Shown here one piece after another: positions 30,879 to 39,979 of a stretch of DNA of 64,000 nucleotides. Each line of letters starts with the position of its first letter. The first letter of the stretch is position 1. Origin of the DNA: Gemmatimonadaceae bacterium (GTDB lineage Bacteria; Gemmatimonadota; Gemmatimonadetes; Gemmatimonadales; Gemmatimonadaceae). The stretch is taken from the NCBI GenBank assembly GCA_051859245.1, contig JBHYGA010000001.1:1661722-1725721 (forward strand). The letters are read 5' to 3'. The notes beneath the pieces are model-generated. The model did not search any database and was not told the origin of the DNA. It worked only from the letters and a program-made list of their open reading frames with translations. A program made the translations under genes and the position numbers.

Positions 30879-31811
30879 TCAGCGATCGCGCACGTGCGTG
30901 AGCCAGCCGTATGTATCAGGTACGCGACCGTGCACAATATCGAGAAACTGCGCCTGCAGCTGCTTGGTAATGGGTCCGGGCTTTCCACCGCCAATGCGGA
31001 TGCGATCGATGCTGCGGATTGGCGTGACTTCCGACGCCGTGCCGGTCAGGAACACTTCGTCTGCGCCGTACAACATTTCGCGCGCGATTGGCTGTTCGCG
31101 TACGGTAAAGCCGGCATCAATCGCGAGTCGCTGAATGCTCGCGCGCGTGATGCCGCCAAGGATGGTTCCGTCGAGCGGCGAGGTGTAGAGCACACCATCG
31201 AGCACCGCGAACACATTTTGGCCGGAGCCTTCACTCACCGTGCCATTGGGACTGAGTGCGATGCCTTCCTGAAAGCCGTTGGCCAGCGCTTCCATCTTGA
31301 TCAACTGTCCGCTCAGATAGTTGCCCGCAATTTTCGCCATCGCCGGAATGGTGTTCGGCGCCACGCGATTCCAGCTTGAGATGCACGCGTCTACACCATT
31401 GGCGAGCGCTTCATCGCCGAGGTATGCGCCCCACGCCCAGCACGGAAGAAAAACGTGGATCGGGCTTTCGAGTGGCACCATACCCGCCGCGCCGTAGCCG
31501 CGTACAACCATCGGACGGATGTAGCACGCGTCCATCTCATTGCGACGCACGAGCTCGCGTGTTGCGGCGATGAGGTCGTCAATGGAATAGTCAAGCTCCA
31601 TGCGATAGATGCGCACCGAGTGCACCAGTCGCTGCAGATGTTCACGCAAACGAAAGACGGCCGGTCCTTGCGGCGTCGAGTATGCACGAATGCCCTCAAA
31701 CGCGGCGGAACCAAACTGCATGGAGTGACTCAGCACATGCATCGTCGCGTCGGCCCACGGAATGAACTCACCGTCGCGCCAGATCCACTGTGTTGCCGTC
31801 AACTTGCTCAT
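30879..31811 (-). CDS. ilvE: Branched-chain amino acid aminotransferase
   Basis: AFEGIRAY, FRLREHLQRL, YIRP, AKIAGNY, SEGSGQNVF, ILGGITR and EVFLTGTASEVTP. Confidence 0.95.
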   Translation of the reverse strand: MSKLTATQWIWRDGEFIPWADATMHVLSHSMQFGSAAFEGIRAYSTPQGPAVFRLREHLQRLVHSVRIYRMELDYSIDDLIAATRELVRRNEMDACYIRPMVVRGYGAAGMVPLESPIHVFLPCWAWGAYLGDEALANGVDACISSWNRVAPNTIPAMAKIAGNYLSGQLIKMEALANGFQEGIALSPNGTVSEGSGQNVFAVLDGVLYTSPLDGTILGGITRASIQRLAIDAGFTVREQPIAREMLYGADEVFLTGTASEVTPIRSIDRIRIGGGKPGPITKQLQAQFLDIVHGRVPDTYGWLTHVRDR

Positions 31812-31896
31812 GTCATTCTCGTAGTAGGGAGCGAAGATAAAATCAGTTGTTCACACGTTCGATGCGTGCCGTCGCGTGCGCGACGTCGCGCGGCGG

Positions 31897-32685
31897 CTAC
31901 AACAGCGAACGCGCCGCGCCACCATCGGCACAGATTGCCTGACCGGTAATAAAACCCGCCTGGCGCGAGGCGAGAAACACAATCAACGATGCCACCTCTT
32001 CTGGAGTGCCCACGCGATGGGCCGGCGTTTCGTCCACCCAACGCGCGAACACTTGATCGCGAGTCGCACCGGTGCGCTGCATGGTGGCCTCCGCGAGTTC
32101 ATCGAGCCGCTCGGTGGCCGTGTAACCGGGAAGCACGGTGTTCACCGTGACCCCGTCCGGCGCGACTTCTTCCGCGAGCGTGCGGTAATAGCCGGTGACT
32201 GCCGCTCGTAGACTGTTCGACAACACGAGCGATGGCACCGGCTGCTTGACCGCGAACGACGTGATGCCAACCACTCGGCCCCACCGTCGTTCGCGCATGC
32301 CAGGCACGAACGCTCGCGTGAGTTCTACCGCGCTCCGTAGCAACAATTCTGCGGCACCTTGCCACGCGCTCCAATCGTGGCCCAGAGACGGTCCCGTTTT
32401 TGGACCGCCAGTGTTGGTGATCAACACATCCGCTCGACCGTGCGTGCGCATCACGGTGTCCGCCACCTTCGCCGTACCATCGACCGTCGCGAGATCCGCT
32501 TGTACGGTGGATACCGCCGCGCCACGCGCGCGCAATTGGACAGCGGCACGTTCAAGTGAGTCGCCGTTGCGCGAGACGAGCACCAGCGCCGCCCCCTCAT
32601 CCGCCAGCAACTCGGACGCGGCAAATGCAATGCCACGACTGGCACCACACACCACCGCAACGCGATCCTGTAAATCGAAATTCAT
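31897..32685 (-). CDS. Short-chain dehydrogenase/reductase
   Basis: VCGASRGIA, NTGGP, LSNSLR, VNTVLPG and ITGQAICADGG. Confidence 0.9.
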   Translation of the reverse strand: MNFDLQDRVAVVCGASRGIAFAASELLADEGAALVLVSRNGDSLERAAVQLRARGAAVSTVQADLATVDGTAKVADTVMRTHGRADVLITNTGGPKTGPSLGHDWSAWQGAAELLLRSAVELTRAFVPGMRERRWGRVVGITSFAVKQPVPSLVLSNSLRAAVTGYYRTLAEEVAPDGVTVNTVLPGYTATERLDELAEATMQRTGATRDQVFARWVDETPAHRVGTPEEVASLIVFLASRQAGFITGQAICADGGAARSLL

Positions 32686-32688
32686 GAT

Positions 32689-33072
32689 CTACTTCGACGC
32701 GCGCAGATAGGCGTCGCTGCCATCAAGCCAATCGGCACGCGGCGGATTGAACACATCAAGATCGAGCGTGTCTTCCAGCGCTTCAGCGCGATGGCGAACG
32801 CCACCGGGAATTACCAGCACTTCGCCCTCACGCACGTCAGTAAAAACATCGCCCGGTGCGTCCGCGTGCGCACCAATCCAGAAGCGCAGGCAACCAGACA
32901 GGATGTACGTGAACTGTTCATTGTGATGATCGTGCGCCGGAACGATCGCGCCCTTTTTCAGCAGTACATGCGCCATCATCTGGCGCTCCGTGCTGATCAG
33001 GCGTCGCGAGATCAATGGGTTCAGCGTCTCGAGCGGCGTGGAATCCCACGCGTATTTGGTGACGTCAGACAT
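32689..33072 (-). CDS. Cupin domain protein
   Basis: VPAHDHHNEQ and IPGGVRH metal-binding cupin motifs. ATG at 33072. Confidence 0.88.
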   Translation of the reverse strand: MSDVTKYAWDSTPLETLNPLISRRLISTERQMMAHVLLKKGAIVPAHDHHNEQFTYILSGCLRFWIGAHADAPGDVFTDVREGEVLVIPGGVRHRAEALEDTLDLDVFNPPRADWLDGSDAYLRASK

Positions 33073-33177
33073 GGAGAGAGCGGCGAAAAGTGGGAAAACC
33101 GTCGGGGAACCGCGACCAATACAATGCAAGGCTACCGTGCTGCACGGGGTTCGGCCAATTGAGATTGACACACCCAC

Positions 33178-33206
33178 TTGGAGTCGCCCGCCCGTATCAC
33201 TAAGTT
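33178..33206 (+). promoter_or_regulatory. sigma70 promoter of tRNA-Asn
   Basis: TTGGAG-N17-TAAGTT. Confidence 0.6.
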
Positions 33207-33261
33207 CACACTTCGCGATGGGGTCGCTGTGCTGCAGGATCCGGCACCGTCCATCGTGCAA

Positions 33262-33333
33262 TGGGGTGTAGCTCAATGGCAGAGCGCTCGACTGTTAATC
33301 GAGTGGTTGAAGGTTCGAGTCCTTCCGCCCCAG
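33262..33333 (+). tRNA. tRNA-Asn(GTT)
   Basis: Acceptor TGGGGTG/CGCCCCA with discriminator G, TAGCTCAATGGCAGAGC, anticodon arm CTCGA-CTGTTAA-TCGAG and GGTTCGAGTCC. CCA not encoded. Confidence 0.95.
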
Positions 33334-33336
33334 TAC

Positions 33337-33373
33337 ACCCGGGTCGTGCCAAGCACGATCCGGGTTTCTCTTT
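33337..33373 (+). terminator. Intrinsic terminator after tRNA-Asn
   Basis: ACCCGGGTCGTGC-CAA-GCACGATCCGGGT followed by TTCTCTTT. Confidence 0.8.
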
Positions 33374-33391
33374 CCGCTGACTGATCCCGCC

Positions 33392-34891
33392 ATGACCACG
33401 ATGCTTTCGCTGCATGTCAGCCACGCCGCCGTGACGGCGGTTGATTCGCCGTTGCTCGCCGTATTTCTCACCGCACCGGCGAGTGGTGCGATCACCATGC
33501 CCGAATCGCTGCGCTCGCTCGACGAGGCCATGCAGGGCGCACTCTCGCGTACGCTGGCCCGCCGCGACTTTCGCGGCGCTCGTGACGAAACATGCTTTCT
33601 CGCGGGTCCCGAGCGTGGCGTCGAACGCGTGCTCCTGGTCGGGTTGGGCAAGGCGGTAGCCAGCCGTACCGCGTGGCGACGCGCGGGTGCTGTCGCCGCG
33701 CGAGCCGCCGTCAAGCTCGGTACCGGTGCCATGCACGCGCACGCCGCTGACGCGTCCCCCGAACAGATCGAAGGACTCGTGGCCGGTCTCGCGCTTGGCG
33801 CGTGGAGCTACCCTGATCTCCGGACGCCGGCGCCCGAAGCAGAGCGCCGCGCGCCGCTCGCCAACGCCACCGTGATCACGCGTGACGACAGCGCCTGTCG
33901 CGAGGCCTTCGCAACGGGTGAAGCCATCGCGGCTGGACAGGCGATTGCGCGCCGACTCGGCATGATGCCCGGCAATGTTTGCACGCCGGAAACGTTCGTC
34001 GAAACAGCACGTGGCATTGCGGAACGTCACGGCAATGTGGCGGTCACGGTGCTCGGCCCGCGTGAAATGGAGCAGGAGGGCATGGGCGCGTTTCTCTGCA
34101 TCGCGCAGGGCACGCCGCAGGAACCGCGTCTTGTCGCCATGGAGTATCGTGGCGGCTCCGAGAACGACGCGCCGATCGTCCTGGTGGGCAAGGGCCTGTG
34201 CTTTGACACCGGCGGTATTTCGATCAAACCCGCTCCGGACATGGAGTGGATGAAGTACGACATGTGCGGTGCAGGCGGTGTCATGGGCGCCATGGAAACG
34301 ATTGCGCGCCTGAAGCCCAAGGTGAACGTCGTTGGCGTGATTGGCTCGACCACGAACATGCCGTCTGGGACTGCTGTGAAACCGGGCGATGTGGTGCGCG
34401 CCTCGAATGGCAAAACGATCGAGGTGATCAATACCGACGCCGAAGGCCGCATGGTCTTGGCCGATTTGCTCGTGTTCGTGAAGCGCTACAAGCCTGCGGT
34501 CGTATTGGACGCGGCGACGCTCACCGGCGCCATCGTCTTTGCGTTGGGTCATAATGCCGTGGGTTTGTTCGGCCCGGATGCGGCCCTCGTTGAAGAAGTA
34601 CGAGCCGCTGGCGAGAAGGGCGGGGAACCCGGATGGCCTTTGCCGGTATGGGACGAGTACCGCGAGCAGATCAAGTCCGATGTGGCGGATCTGCGAAACA
34701 CGGGCGGTCGACCCGCGGGTTCAATCACCGCGGCCCTTTTTCTTCAGGAGTTTGTTGATGGCTATCCGTGGGTACATCTCGATGTGGCCGGCACGGCCTA
34801 TTCGCAGACGGATCTCGGATGGCTTCCCAAGGGGCCGACGGGCACGCCGGTCGGAACGTTCGTGGAGTTCGTGCGCCAGCGCGCACGCTGA
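33392..34891 (+). CDS. pepA: Leucyl aminopeptidase (M17)
   Basis: VGKGLCFDTGGISIKP, MKYDMCGA, NTDAEGR, ATLTGA and HLDVAG. Confidence 0.95.
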   Translation: MTTMLSLHVSHAAVTAVDSPLLAVFLTAPASGAITMPESLRSLDEAMQGALSRTLARRDFRGARDETCFLAGPERGVERVLLVGLGKAVASRTAWRRAGAVAARAAVKLGTGAMHAHAADASPEQIEGLVAGLALGAWSYPDLRTPAPEAERRAPLANATVITRDDSACREAFATGEAIAAGQAIARRLGMMPGNVCTPETFVETARGIAERHGNVAVTVLGPREMEQEGMGAFLCIAQGTPQEPRLVAMEYRGGSENDAPIVLVGKGLCFDTGGISIKPAPDMEWMKYDMCGAGGVMGAMETIARLKPKVNVVGVIGSTTNMPSGTAVKPGDVVRASNGKTIEVINTDAEGRMVLADLLVFVKRYKPAVVLDAATLTGAIVFALGHNAVGLFGPDAALVEEVRAAGEKGGEPGWPLPVWDEYREQIKSDVADLRNTGGRPAGSITAALFLQEFVDGYPWVHLDVAGTAYSQTDLGWLPKGPTGTPVGTFVEFVRQRAR

Positions 34892-34908
34892 CGCATGATC
34901 TGTTCCGC

Positions 34909-36882
34909 GTGAGGCAGTTTCCGCGCGAGCTGTTTGCGCTGCTGCTGGTCGTACTGATCGTTTCGATCGGTGCGCCGCAGCGTGCGCAGGCACAGGTCGA
35001 CACGCTACGTCGCGATACCGCGCGCGTTGTCGTGGTGGATACGCCGCCCGTCGTCATGGACTCCGCCACGCGCGATTCCTTACGGGCCGACTCATTGCGC
35101 GCCGAGGTGATTCGCAAGCGTGCCGAGCGCGCGGCTGACACAGTGAAAGCGCCAATCGCGCAGTATCCAACCGGACCCGATACCGAAGTACTGCGCCCGA
35201 GACGGTGGACGCGCGACGAGTTGCTCGCGACCGGTGCCATCAACGTGGCCGATCTGCTTGAAGACGTGCCTGGTCTTACCACGTATCGCACCTCGTGGTT
35301 TCCCGGGGTGCACGCCGCCGCCTTTCAAGGTGATTTCCGACGGCTGCGAATATTCATGGACGGGCTCGAACTCGATGCGCCCGATCCGCGTAACAATGGC
35401 GTGCTCGATCTTACGGAAATCTCGCTCGCGTCGCTTGACGAAGTGGTTGTCGAACGTGCGGCAGGTGAAGTGCGAGTGTGGCTCACCACGTGGACCGTGC
35501 GAAGCGTTACACCGTACACGCGCACCGATATTTTTACAGGCGATCTGAATACCAACGGATTTCGCGGACTCTTCGGTCGCCGCTTTATGAACGGTGCGCT
35601 GTTTCAGCTCACCATGCAACAAGGCGAAACCGCGCGGCAACGTGGTAACCTGTTTTCAGGTGGCGCTCGCGGTCTCACGGGTGACGGTGACCTTCGTCAG
35701 CTCACCGCACGCGTTGGCTGGTCACGTGGCCTGCTCAGCATTGACGGTTACATCGCGAACACCAGTCGCACACGCGATTCAACCGAGGGCGACGACGAGC
35801 TGTTCACGATTCCGGAGTACGACGGGTCGCGCACCGATTCGTACATTCGCTTGGGATATGGGTCCACAACACGTGGTTGGTCGGCGCAAGCGTTGTTGGG
35901 CAATATTCGCAGCACACCGCGCGTCCCGGAAACCACCACCGAAGAACCAGAGTTCGGCGAACCGGAAGACGAAGAAGAAGAGCCCGAAGAGCCCGTTCCT
36001 GATTCGTCGCGCAGCATTACGCAACGCGTCCTGCACGGCGGGTACGCGTGGGATCGGACACGCGTGGGCGCGTTCGCACGCTGGCGCACGATTGATGGCA
36101 ACACGGATCTTTCGCCGGGCTTCGTGGCCAGCACGGACCGTGGATGGCTCACCGCGTCGCTGCGCGGAGAGCGCATCGGCCTCGATTCAAGTCGTCGCGT
36201 TGACGCGAATCTGCGACTGCGCTTGCGCCCGTGGTTCACCACCACGTTAGCGCACTCCGACCTCGCGCCCGACGATAGCACCGGTCGACTCGGCGAACAG
36301 ACATCGCGAGCCGAGGCGGCGATCCGTCTGCGTGGTCGCTGGCTGAGCGCCGGCTTCATACGTCACGCTTTTGACGAGGGCACGCGCAATGTGATCATTC
36401 CGCGTCTTCTCACGCCGTATGACACCGCGGTTACGGCACAGCTGCTCGGCTTTACCGGAAACGGCATCACGTTTGGTGCCCAGGCACCGATCTACAAGGA
36501 TCTGCGACTGGAACTGCACGGCACTCGCTGGGCGCAGGATCGCGAGTATCGACCGAGAACGCAGGTACGGGCGTCGCTCATTGTGCAGAGCGAATGGCGA
36601 AGCAGATTTCCGGCGGGACATTTCAGCATCAATGCGCGTCTGATACATGAGTATCGCAGCGCGGTCTCATTTCTCGAACCGTCGCAGCAGGGCACCGCCG
36701 ATCTGTTCCGCATTGGCGAGCCGTACAACCTCGGCATGGCGTTGCTTGAAATCCGGATTCTGCGCGCCACGCTCTTCTATCAGTTTCGCAACGTGTACGG
36801 CACATTGTATCAGCAGGTACCTGGGGTTCTCATGCCACCGCCGTTTCAGACGTACGGCGTGCGCTGGGAATGGTTTAACTGA
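34909..36882 (+). CDS. Outer-membrane protein with TonB-type plug and beta-barrel (putative porin/TBDR-like)
   Basis: Signal peptide from GTG 34909. Plug pattern TRDELLATGA..VADLLEDVPGL...IFMDGLEL and aromatic C-terminus YGVRWEWFN. Start codon uncertain. Confidence 0.7.
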   Translation: MRQFPRELFALLLVVLIVSIGAPQRAQAQVDTLRRDTARVVVVDTPPVVMDSATRDSLRADSLRAEVIRKRAERAADTVKAPIAQYPTGPDTEVLRPRRWTRDELLATGAINVADLLEDVPGLTTYRTSWFPGVHAAAFQGDFRRLRIFMDGLELDAPDPRNNGVLDLTEISLASLDEVVVERAAGEVRVWLTTWTVRSVTPYTRTDIFTGDLNTNGFRGLFGRRFMNGALFQLTMQQGETARQRGNLFSGGARGLTGDGDLRQLTARVGWSRGLLSIDGYIANTSRTRDSTEGDDELFTIPEYDGSRTDSYIRLGYGSTTRGWSAQALLGNIRSTPRVPETTTEEPEFGEPEDEEEEPEEPVPDSSRSITQRVLHGGYAWDRTRVGAFARWRTIDGNTDLSPGFVASTDRGWLTASLRGERIGLDSSRRVDANLRLRLRPWFTTTLAHSDLAPDDSTGRLGEQTSRAEAAIRLRGRWLSAGFIRHAFDEGTRNVIIPRLLTPYDTAVTAQLLGFTGNGITFGAQAPIYKDLRLELHGTRWAQDREYRPRTQVRASLIVQSEWRSRFPAGHFSINARLIHEYRSAVSFLEPSQQGTADLFRIGEPYNLGMALLEIRILRATLFYQFRNVYGTLYQQVPGVLMPPPFQTYGVRWEWFN

Positions 36883-36938
36883 TCCAACGCTGGCCACTCC
36901 GTTCCGTCCATGTTCACACCGCACCCGACATCGCACTC

Positions 36939-37817
36939 ATGAGCGTCCGCAGTATGACCGGATTCGGTCAAGCCGACGGTCCAGTCGGAAACGTGCGCGT
37001 GTCGGTGGAAGTGCGAACGGTGAACCATCGGTTTTTTTCGCCCAGCATCAAGCTGCCCAGCGCCTTCGGTAAGTGGGAAGCCGATGTGCGCGAAACCATG
37101 CGCGTTCGTGTGGCGCGCGGCCATGTCACGCTGAGCGTGCGTTTTGAACGCAGTGAAGCGAACGCGGCTGGCATCGACGAGGCGCGGTTCGCCACCGTGG
37201 TGCAAGAGCTGCGAACCTTACGCGAACGGTACGATCTGGACGGGGACGTTGATCTGGCCGCCGTGCTTCGGATGCCCGAGGTGATCTCCTCCACTCGCGA
37301 TGAAGATCCCACTGGAACGGCCCCGGAACTGGTGGCAGTCGTTGAAGCGGCACTCGCGCAACTTGATGCGGCCCGCGCGGAAGAAGGCCATCGCCTCACC
37401 GAAGTGCTGCTGGCCCGTTTGGGAGACGTCGAAGCCGCGGTGGCGCGTATCGCCGCCCGGGCACCCGAGCGCCTCATCGCGCAGCGCGATCGGCTTCGCG
37501 CCTCGGTGCGAGAGCTGGCGGACGGCGTGGCGGTGGACCCGCAGCGTCTCGCACAGGAAGTGGCGATCATGGCCGACAAGCTGGATGTCTCCGAAGAGAT
37601 CGATCGCTTCAAGAGCCACATTACGGCCTTTCGCAGCTCGCTCACGGAGCCCGGAGGGGAGCCGGTGGGCAAGCGGCTCGGCTTCCTGTTGCAGGAGCTG
37701 TTGCGGGAAGCCAATACCACCGGGAGCAAGGCCGCCGACGCCGCAATCCTTCAGGATGTGATCGGCATCAAGGAAGAGCTCGAACGCATCCGCGAGCAAG
37801 TCGAGAATCTCGAATGA
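36939..37817 (+). CDS. yicC: YicC/YloC family endoribonuclease
   Basis: SMTGFG, RTVNHRF, DVSEEIDR, GKRLGFLLQELLREANTTGSK and EQVENLE. Confidence 0.95.
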   Translation: MSVRSMTGFGQADGPVGNVRVSVEVRTVNHRFFSPSIKLPSAFGKWEADVRETMRVRVARGHVTLSVRFERSEANAAGIDEARFATVVQELRTLRERYDLDGDVDLAAVLRMPEVISSTRDEDPTGTAPELVAVVEAALAQLDAARAEEGHRLTEVLLARLGDVEAAVARIAARAPERLIAQRDRLRASVRELADGVAVDPQRLAQEVAIMADKLDVSEEIDRFKSHITAFRSSLTEPGGEPVGKRLGFLLQELLREANTTGSKAADAAILQDVIGIKEELERIREQVENLE

Positions 37818-38461
37818 GGCCGTTTCCGGTCATTTTGTCCGCCCCGTCTGGTGCGGGAAAAACGACAATCGCGAAAAAGCTGCTGGAGCGGCGGAGCGAT
37901 TTGGGTTATTCTGTATCCTGTACCACGCGCGACCGCAGGCCGGGCGAGCTCGACGGCAGGGACTACAACTTCCTGACCGTCGATCAGTTTCTGGCCGAAC
38001 GAGACGCTGGCGGATTTGCCGAGTGGGCGGAGGTTCACGGGCATTTCTACGGCACGTTGCGACGGGAAGTGCAACGCGTGCTCGACTCCGGTCGGCACTG
38101 TCTCATGGACATCGATGTGCAGGGCGCGCGCCAGTTCTCGGCGGCGTTTCCCGACACCGTGCTGGTGTTCATTCTTCCGCCGTCAGGTGAAGTGCTGCTG
38201 CGTCGTCTTAACGGGCGAGGCAGTGAAAATCGGGAACGACTGCTGGTGCGTCTACATAATGCGCTGGCAGAAATCGGCGACGTGGCGCGGTATCACTACG
38301 TGGTCGTAAATGATGATCTTGAGCTGGCGATTGAACGAGTAAGTTCGGTGATTGATGCGGAGGCCGTGCGACACGACCGCGTGCATGCGCTGGAAGAACA
38401 AGTGGGCGCGCTCATCGCGCAGCTTGAGCAGGAAATAAACGGTATTCAACGAGGCGAGTAG
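37814..38461 (+). CDS. gmk: Guanylate kinase
   Basis: SAPSGAGKTT, SVSCTTR..RPGE.DG.DY and EWAEVHG..YGT. Confidence 0.97.
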   Translation: MRPFPVILSAPSGAGKTTIAKKLLERRSDLGYSVSCTTRDRRPGELDGRDYNFLTVDQFLAERDAGGFAEWAEVHGHFYGTLRREVQRVLDSGRHCLMDIDVQGARQFSAAFPDTVLVFILPPSGEVLLRRLNGRGSENRERLLVRLHNALAEIGDVARYHYVVVNDDLELAIERVSSVIDAEAVRHDRVHALEEQVGALIAQLEQEINGIQRGE

Positions 38462-38463
38462 CC

Positions 38464-38673
38464 ATGCAGGTCTTCACTCCGGATGAAGTGTCGCGCAACG
38501 CGGCCAACAAGTACCTGAGCGTGCTCATCGCTGCAAAGTTTGCACGCGTACTCAATGAGTTTCCGCGCGAACGCACGTCAAAGGAAAAGAAGCTCACCAC
38601 GCGTGCACTTGAAGAGCTGGCCGAAGGCACCATTGAGTATCGCGTGATGCCGAGGAAGCGCCCCGGCGGCTGA
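38464..38673 (+). CDS. rpoZ: RNA polymerase omega subunit
   Basis: NKYLSVLIAAKFAR...KLTTRALEEL, located between gmk and coaBC. Confidence 0.9.
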   Translation: MQVFTPDEVSRNAANKYLSVLIAAKFARVLNEFPRERTSKEKKLTTRALEELAEGTIEYRVMPRKRPGG

Positions 38674-38697
38674 GTATCGGCTGCGCATTTGTGTGCG

Positions 38698-38743
38698 GCG
38701 CGCCGCGCTTCGGCTTCGTGCTGGAGCGCGGCGCGCTTTCCTT
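38698..38743 (+). terminator. Strong hairpin (terminator/attenuator) between rpoZ and coaBC
   Basis: GCGCGCCGCGCTTCGGC/GCTGGAGCGCGGCGCGC followed by TTTCCTT. Confidence 0.6.
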
Positions 38744-38767
38744 CCGCCCTGACTCATCTCGCCTACC

Positions 38768-39979
38768 GTGCGCCCCTTCGATCAACAACGCATTCTGCTC
38801 GGCGTCACCGGCGGTATCGCGTCGTACAAGTCCGCCTGGATTGCGCGCTTGCTCACGCAGGCTGGCGCTGAGGTCGATGTTGTGATGACGCGCGCCGCCA
38901 CGGAGTTCGTCGGGGCCGTCACTTTTGAAGCACTCACGGGGCGGCGCGTGCACACGGCACTGATAGAGCCCGGACACGCGCTCGATCACATCAAGTTGGC
39001 GCGCGCCGCAAACGTTGTGCTGGTAGCACCGGCAACCGCCGACTTTCTGGCGCGCGCGGTGCACGGACACGCCGACGATTTGCTGAGCGCTTGTCTGCTC
39101 GCCACAACGGCTCCTGTGGTGCTCGCTCCCGCCATGAACGATCACATGTGGGCGCATCCCGCCGTGCAACAGAACGTGCAGGCCGCACGCGCGCTGGGTT
39201 ACGACGTGATTGATCCGGACACCGGTGCATTGGCCGCTGGCGAAGGCAGCGGTCCGGGGCGCATGCCCGAGCCGGAAACACTCGTCGCTCATCTCGGTCG
39301 CGTGCTCGGAATGCGCGAAGCATCCTCACTGCGTGGAAAGCACGTGGTGGTAACGGCGGGTCCAACGCGGGAGCCGGTCGATCCGGTGCGTTTCCTGTCC
39401 AACCGTTCCTCTGGACTAATGGGCGTGGAAATTGCGGGTGCCGCCTGGCGACGTGGCGCTGATGTGACGCTTATCGCCGGTCCGCTTGAAGTACCGTTGC
39501 CCGTTGGCGTGCAGGTGGTGAATGTCGAAACCACCGCGCAAATGCGCGACGCCGTACGCGATGCGATTACCAACGCAGATCTGCTCGTGATGGCCGCCGC
39601 GCCGGCTGATTTTACCGTGAGCGAGCCCGCCGATCGCAAACTGAAAAAGCGCGAACGACCGGACACGCTCGCGCTGGTTTCAACAGACGACATTCTGCTC
39701 GCCACGCGCGACGTTCGCCCGACGGGTGCGGTGATCATTGGTTTTGCGCTCGAGACGGGCAATGCCGTGGCGGAAGGCACGCGCAAGCTGCACGAGAAGG
39801 GACTCGACATGGTGGTGGTCAATGATGCCACGGAGCCGGGTGCTGGTTTTGCCACACCGACGAATCGCGTGACGCTCGTGGATCGTGATGGCCGCGTGGA
39901 AGCGTTGTCGCTGCTGCCAAAGCGTGAAGTGGCCGAGATTATTCTCGACCGTGCCGAGGAGCGTGTGCGTGGACGCTAA
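38768..39979 (+). CDS. coaBC: Bifunctional phosphopantothenoylcysteine decarboxylase/ligase
   Basis: LGVTGGIASYK, APAMN, TAGPTREPVDPVRFLSNRSSG and IGFALET. Confidence 0.96.
   Translation: MRPFDQQRILLGVTGGIASYKSAWIARLLTQAGAEVDVVMTRAATEFVGAVTFEALTGRRVHTALIEPGHALDHIKLARAANVVLVAPATADFLARAVHGHADDLLSACLLATTAPVVLAPAMNDHMWAHPAVQQNVQAARALGYDVIDPDTGALAAGEGSGPGRMPEPETLVAHLGRVLGMREASSLRGKHVVVTAGPTREPVDPVRFLSNRSSGLMGVEIAGAAWRRGADVTLIAGPLEVPLPVGVQVVNVETTAQMRDAVRDAITNADLLVMAAAPADFTVSEPADRKLKKRERPDTLALVSTDDILLATRDVRPTGAVIIGFALETGNAVAEGTRKLHEKGLDMVVVNDATEPGAGFATPTNRVTLVDRDGRVEALSLLPKREVAEIILDRAEERVRGR

Noticed and set aside
30730..31379. ORFs spanning the tRNA-Leu gene, and likewise the ORFs crossing tRNA-Asn and the extended cupin start at 33276
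   Set aside because: They overlap clear tRNA cloverleafs or ilvE antisense, so they are spurious.
33165..33170. Perfect TTGACA upstream of tRNA-Asn
   Set aside because: No -10 element at 16-18 bp spacing. The TTGGAG-N17-TAAGTT pair fits better.
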